Below, piece by piece: positions 61,450 through 64,000 of a DNA stretch of 64,000 bases. The stretch is taken from assembly GCA_036172245.1 (NCBI GenBank), contig JAYWIR010000032.1, positions 1,054,001 to 1,118,000 on the forward strand, written 5' to 3'. Numbering within the stretch: the stretch's first letter is position 1; every line of letters starts with the position of its first letter. This stretch comes from Raillietiella orientalis. Lineage: Eukaryota. The notes beneath the pieces were generated by a model. It was not told where the DNA came from. It saw only the letters and a program-made list of their open reading frames with translations, and did not search any database. A program made the translations under genes and the position numbers.

Positions 61450-62900
61450 GCTGGCGGAAGGAAACCGCGTCCAGAGACCTCGCTCGGAGTCCTCGAAGAG
61501 TGCATCCACCCTCCTAGAATTCCCCGTGAAAACAGCTGCAAGACTCCGGGCTTTCCAGTCTATCGCCTCCTCCCTTTCCCTGCTCTTCCAGCAGATCCCC
61601 CCTTTTGTGCCTACGCGCCGAGGTCTCCCCTGAAACGAGGAACGTCACGCACCTCAGCGGGAGGAATACCAAAGGACTGCCAGTATTGCTTGGTGGATGC
61701 ACCCAAGTGATACTGGCAACCCTGCCGCACGCTCTTCTGAAAGGCTGCGCCTTGGGTGGAAGCACATTGCCAAGACACTTCGATTCCCCAGGCGCTGCTC
61801 CAAGGGGGCTGCTCACAAATACCTCCACCGCTCCAGACTTGCCAGCTACCCCCTAGCCGACGATTTTCCGCCTCGCTCGGACAACGGCGGCTGCCAAAAG
61901 CGGCGAAGGGCTAGCCTTCAGCCCGAGGAGCAGCTCTCAGTCGCTATAGCCTGCACGAGAAGGGCCTTGAAGTGGTCCAGTCTGGGATACGAGGGAACCT
62001 GCGGACGATGGCGGACGAGACAACCAGAGACCGAGAGACTCATCCTCCTTTCCACCCCTTCCTTTCTCCCCAGGAAGACCCTCTGGAATCACCTTCATTG
62101 CCGCGAGTCCGGCCCATCCCGCCCCCTATTTACTTACTGGCTCTCCCTCCACTCTCTCTCGATTCTGTCCCCTGAGGTAGCCCCTATGGTCCCCGTTTCC
62201 CTGTCTTCTCTAACCGCAGTCAAATCATTTATTTATGTCAAATAATTGGTCCTGCGAGGTTCTTGGTGAGGGAGTGACCTCTTGTGCCACTTGGCTGAGA
62301 ATAAGCTGGGACGGCGGCACAGGAATTCTTTAGCGGAAGTCATTTTTTCCCGGTTTTCCTTCCGCGAAAGGAATCCTTCCCATCCTCTGGTGCCGGGGCA
62401 TTCTCCGGGAATTGAGAAGTGAAGGGAGCGCGGGGAAAATCTCGGGAACCGATGGGAACAACGAGGGAAGCAATTCCGACTCTTTTCCAGGATCTTCTCC
62501 CGTGGACCACGCGATTCCACCCGCGCATTTCGGGCTCCTTCCGGCGGAGGGCCCCGTCGCTCCGGGAGGAGCTGGTCGCGGAAGTGCGAATTCCTCTTTT
62601 TCCACGCCTCATGTAGTCCCAACTCCCACGCAGCAGCACCGGTGGGCAGATCTCCCGTTCAGGGCACTGTCCGGAAGGAGGTCACCGCCTCCTCCTCCGC
62701 CGCGATTCCTCGAGTTCCGGGAGGACTTCCGGGTTGCCCCGCCCACGTCCATCGCTGTCGCCCTGGCACTAATGTTCCGGTGGGCGTCCGATTCCGCGTC
62801 GCAGAGCCCGGCGTCTGTCCGGTTCCTCAGCCACTACGTCAGGAGAGCTCTCCCAATAAATAAGAAACAAATCGAAACGTGACCAATGAATAGAAGCAAA
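61450..62900 (+). pseudogene. Decayed LRR-coding block
   Basis: LATLPHALLKGC; ERLRLGWKHI; LFTYWLSLHSLSI..MVPVSLSSLTAVKSF; IPTLFQDLLP; GSFRRRAPSLRE; WADLPFRALSG. Confidence 0.7.
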
Positions 62901-62906
62901 GCGGAG

Positions 62907-63725
62907 TGCCCGCGTTAGCGGCCCCGTGGGGGGCCGCTGTTTCTCCGCGCGCGGGGAGTACCGAGCATTGTGGGTTCGAATCCCGCCGGGGAAGGACCGA
63001 CACGGAGCAATGGGTGCGTCATGGGTTTTCAGGATAAAGCTGGTTGGCCTATTCGTGTGCAGAGACACTGGCTGAAAGCCAGATGCCCCCGTTGACCGGC
63101 TAGGAGTGAAAAATCGACCTTCTGGGATCCTTCCAGGAATCAGGAAGCGCCAGTTCTCTGGTACGTAGACCGGCGAGGTCTGTTTGCCCAGCAACGGGAA
63201 AGGGATAACCGAAAGAAGAAAATCGAGAGGAAAGTTTTTACTGGGGAATGTGGGGGGTGAGGATCGGGGATGGAGTGGAGATCACTCTTTGGGATTTCCC
63301 TTCCGGTTGTGGAGATGGAGTCGCCCGTTCCATGGAGCTGGTTGATGTCCCCCTCGGGGCGTTGCTTCTCATGAGTGTCAGAAGCGCGCCGCTCCCTTTG
63401 AGGAGGCGTCCCCGTAGAAATCGGGAAGCGCCCTTTCCCAGGGATCTCTCCAGAGGAGGAAACAGGGAGCGGTCCCCTTGCGGGGGTTCTCTCCGCAGAA
63501 TAAATGAGAAATGACCTCTCCGGAGAGAATAGGGAAGAAATTCCCTTCGGGTTTCCTTTGGAGACAACCAGGAAGAGGATGTCTTCTCTTCAGGGTCCCC
63601 CTACCAAAAGTAAGAGGAACGGACTTTTCTTTCTCACAGCCTTATTGGATTCCTGGATTCAACCACCCTACGGATCCAGGAAGGGGTTACCTTCTGTAAC
63701 TTGAAGAAGAGTTGCGTGCACCGTC
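62907..63725 (+). mobile_element. Long tRNA-derived SINE, copy 7
   Basis: Head GCCCGCGTTAGC, perfect Pol III B-box GGGTTCGAATCCC at 62972-62984, and a body collinear with the other copies. Confidence 0.85.
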
Positions 63726-63729
63726 GCGC

Positions 63730-64000
63730 TACGGGATGAGCAGCCTCCAAAGATCCTTTCCTAAGAAGGCGGAAGGCTCCTGAGTTGGGAAGGGTTGTTC
63801 GAGGAAGGTCGGGCAGTTCCTACTCCCACAGGGGGACGCGACTGGGAGGAGATTTGAAGGTGGGGCAAAATGCTCGATGAATATGTTGACCAAGTAGGGT
63901 TGAATAGACTGACTCGTGGCGCCGAACATCCACTCCAGAGGACCAGAGACTCAGCTGGCCAAAAAGTACAAGTTTTTCGCCCAGTTTTTCCGGAAGACAT
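63730..64000 (-). pseudogene. Decayed LRR-coding segment (runs off the window)
   Basis: MFGATSQSIQPYLVNIFIEHFAP; TQEPSAFLGKDLWRLLIP. Confidence 0.65.

Noticed and set aside
62907..62990. tRNA gene
   Set aside because: A B-box is present but I saw no cloverleaf, and it continues into a repeat body shared by the other SINE copies.
10860..64000. Functional VLR-like LRR donor cassette library
   Set aside because: Lamprey VLR donor cassettes keep open frames, whereas these remnants are densely frameshifted, and no incomplete acceptor gene is visible in the window.

Overview
Eukaryotic, GC-rich window, probably from an arthropod (inferred from the gene family only). The one clearly intact gene is a minus-strand beaten path (Beat)-family Ig gene. 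Three of its coding exons are phase-consistent (9194-8998, 2229-2097, 781-648), a candidate signal-peptide exon lies about 45 kb upstream (54559-54496), and the 3' exons fall outside the window. The main observation is that most of the remaining DNA (roughly four-fifths, by eye) reads as heavily frameshifted, apparently intronless, extracellular (chaoptin-like) leucine-rich-repeat coding sequence. It occurs in about 20 blocks of roughly 0.3-6 kb on both strands and fills even the short Beat introns. Superimposed on this are seven copies of a long tRNA-derived SINE, a near-perfect 938-bp inverted duplication, an older inverted duplication, two diverged direct duplications and simple repeats. 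The LRR calls were made by eye from translated fragments, with no HMM or database search, and block boundaries are approximate (about 100-200 bp).
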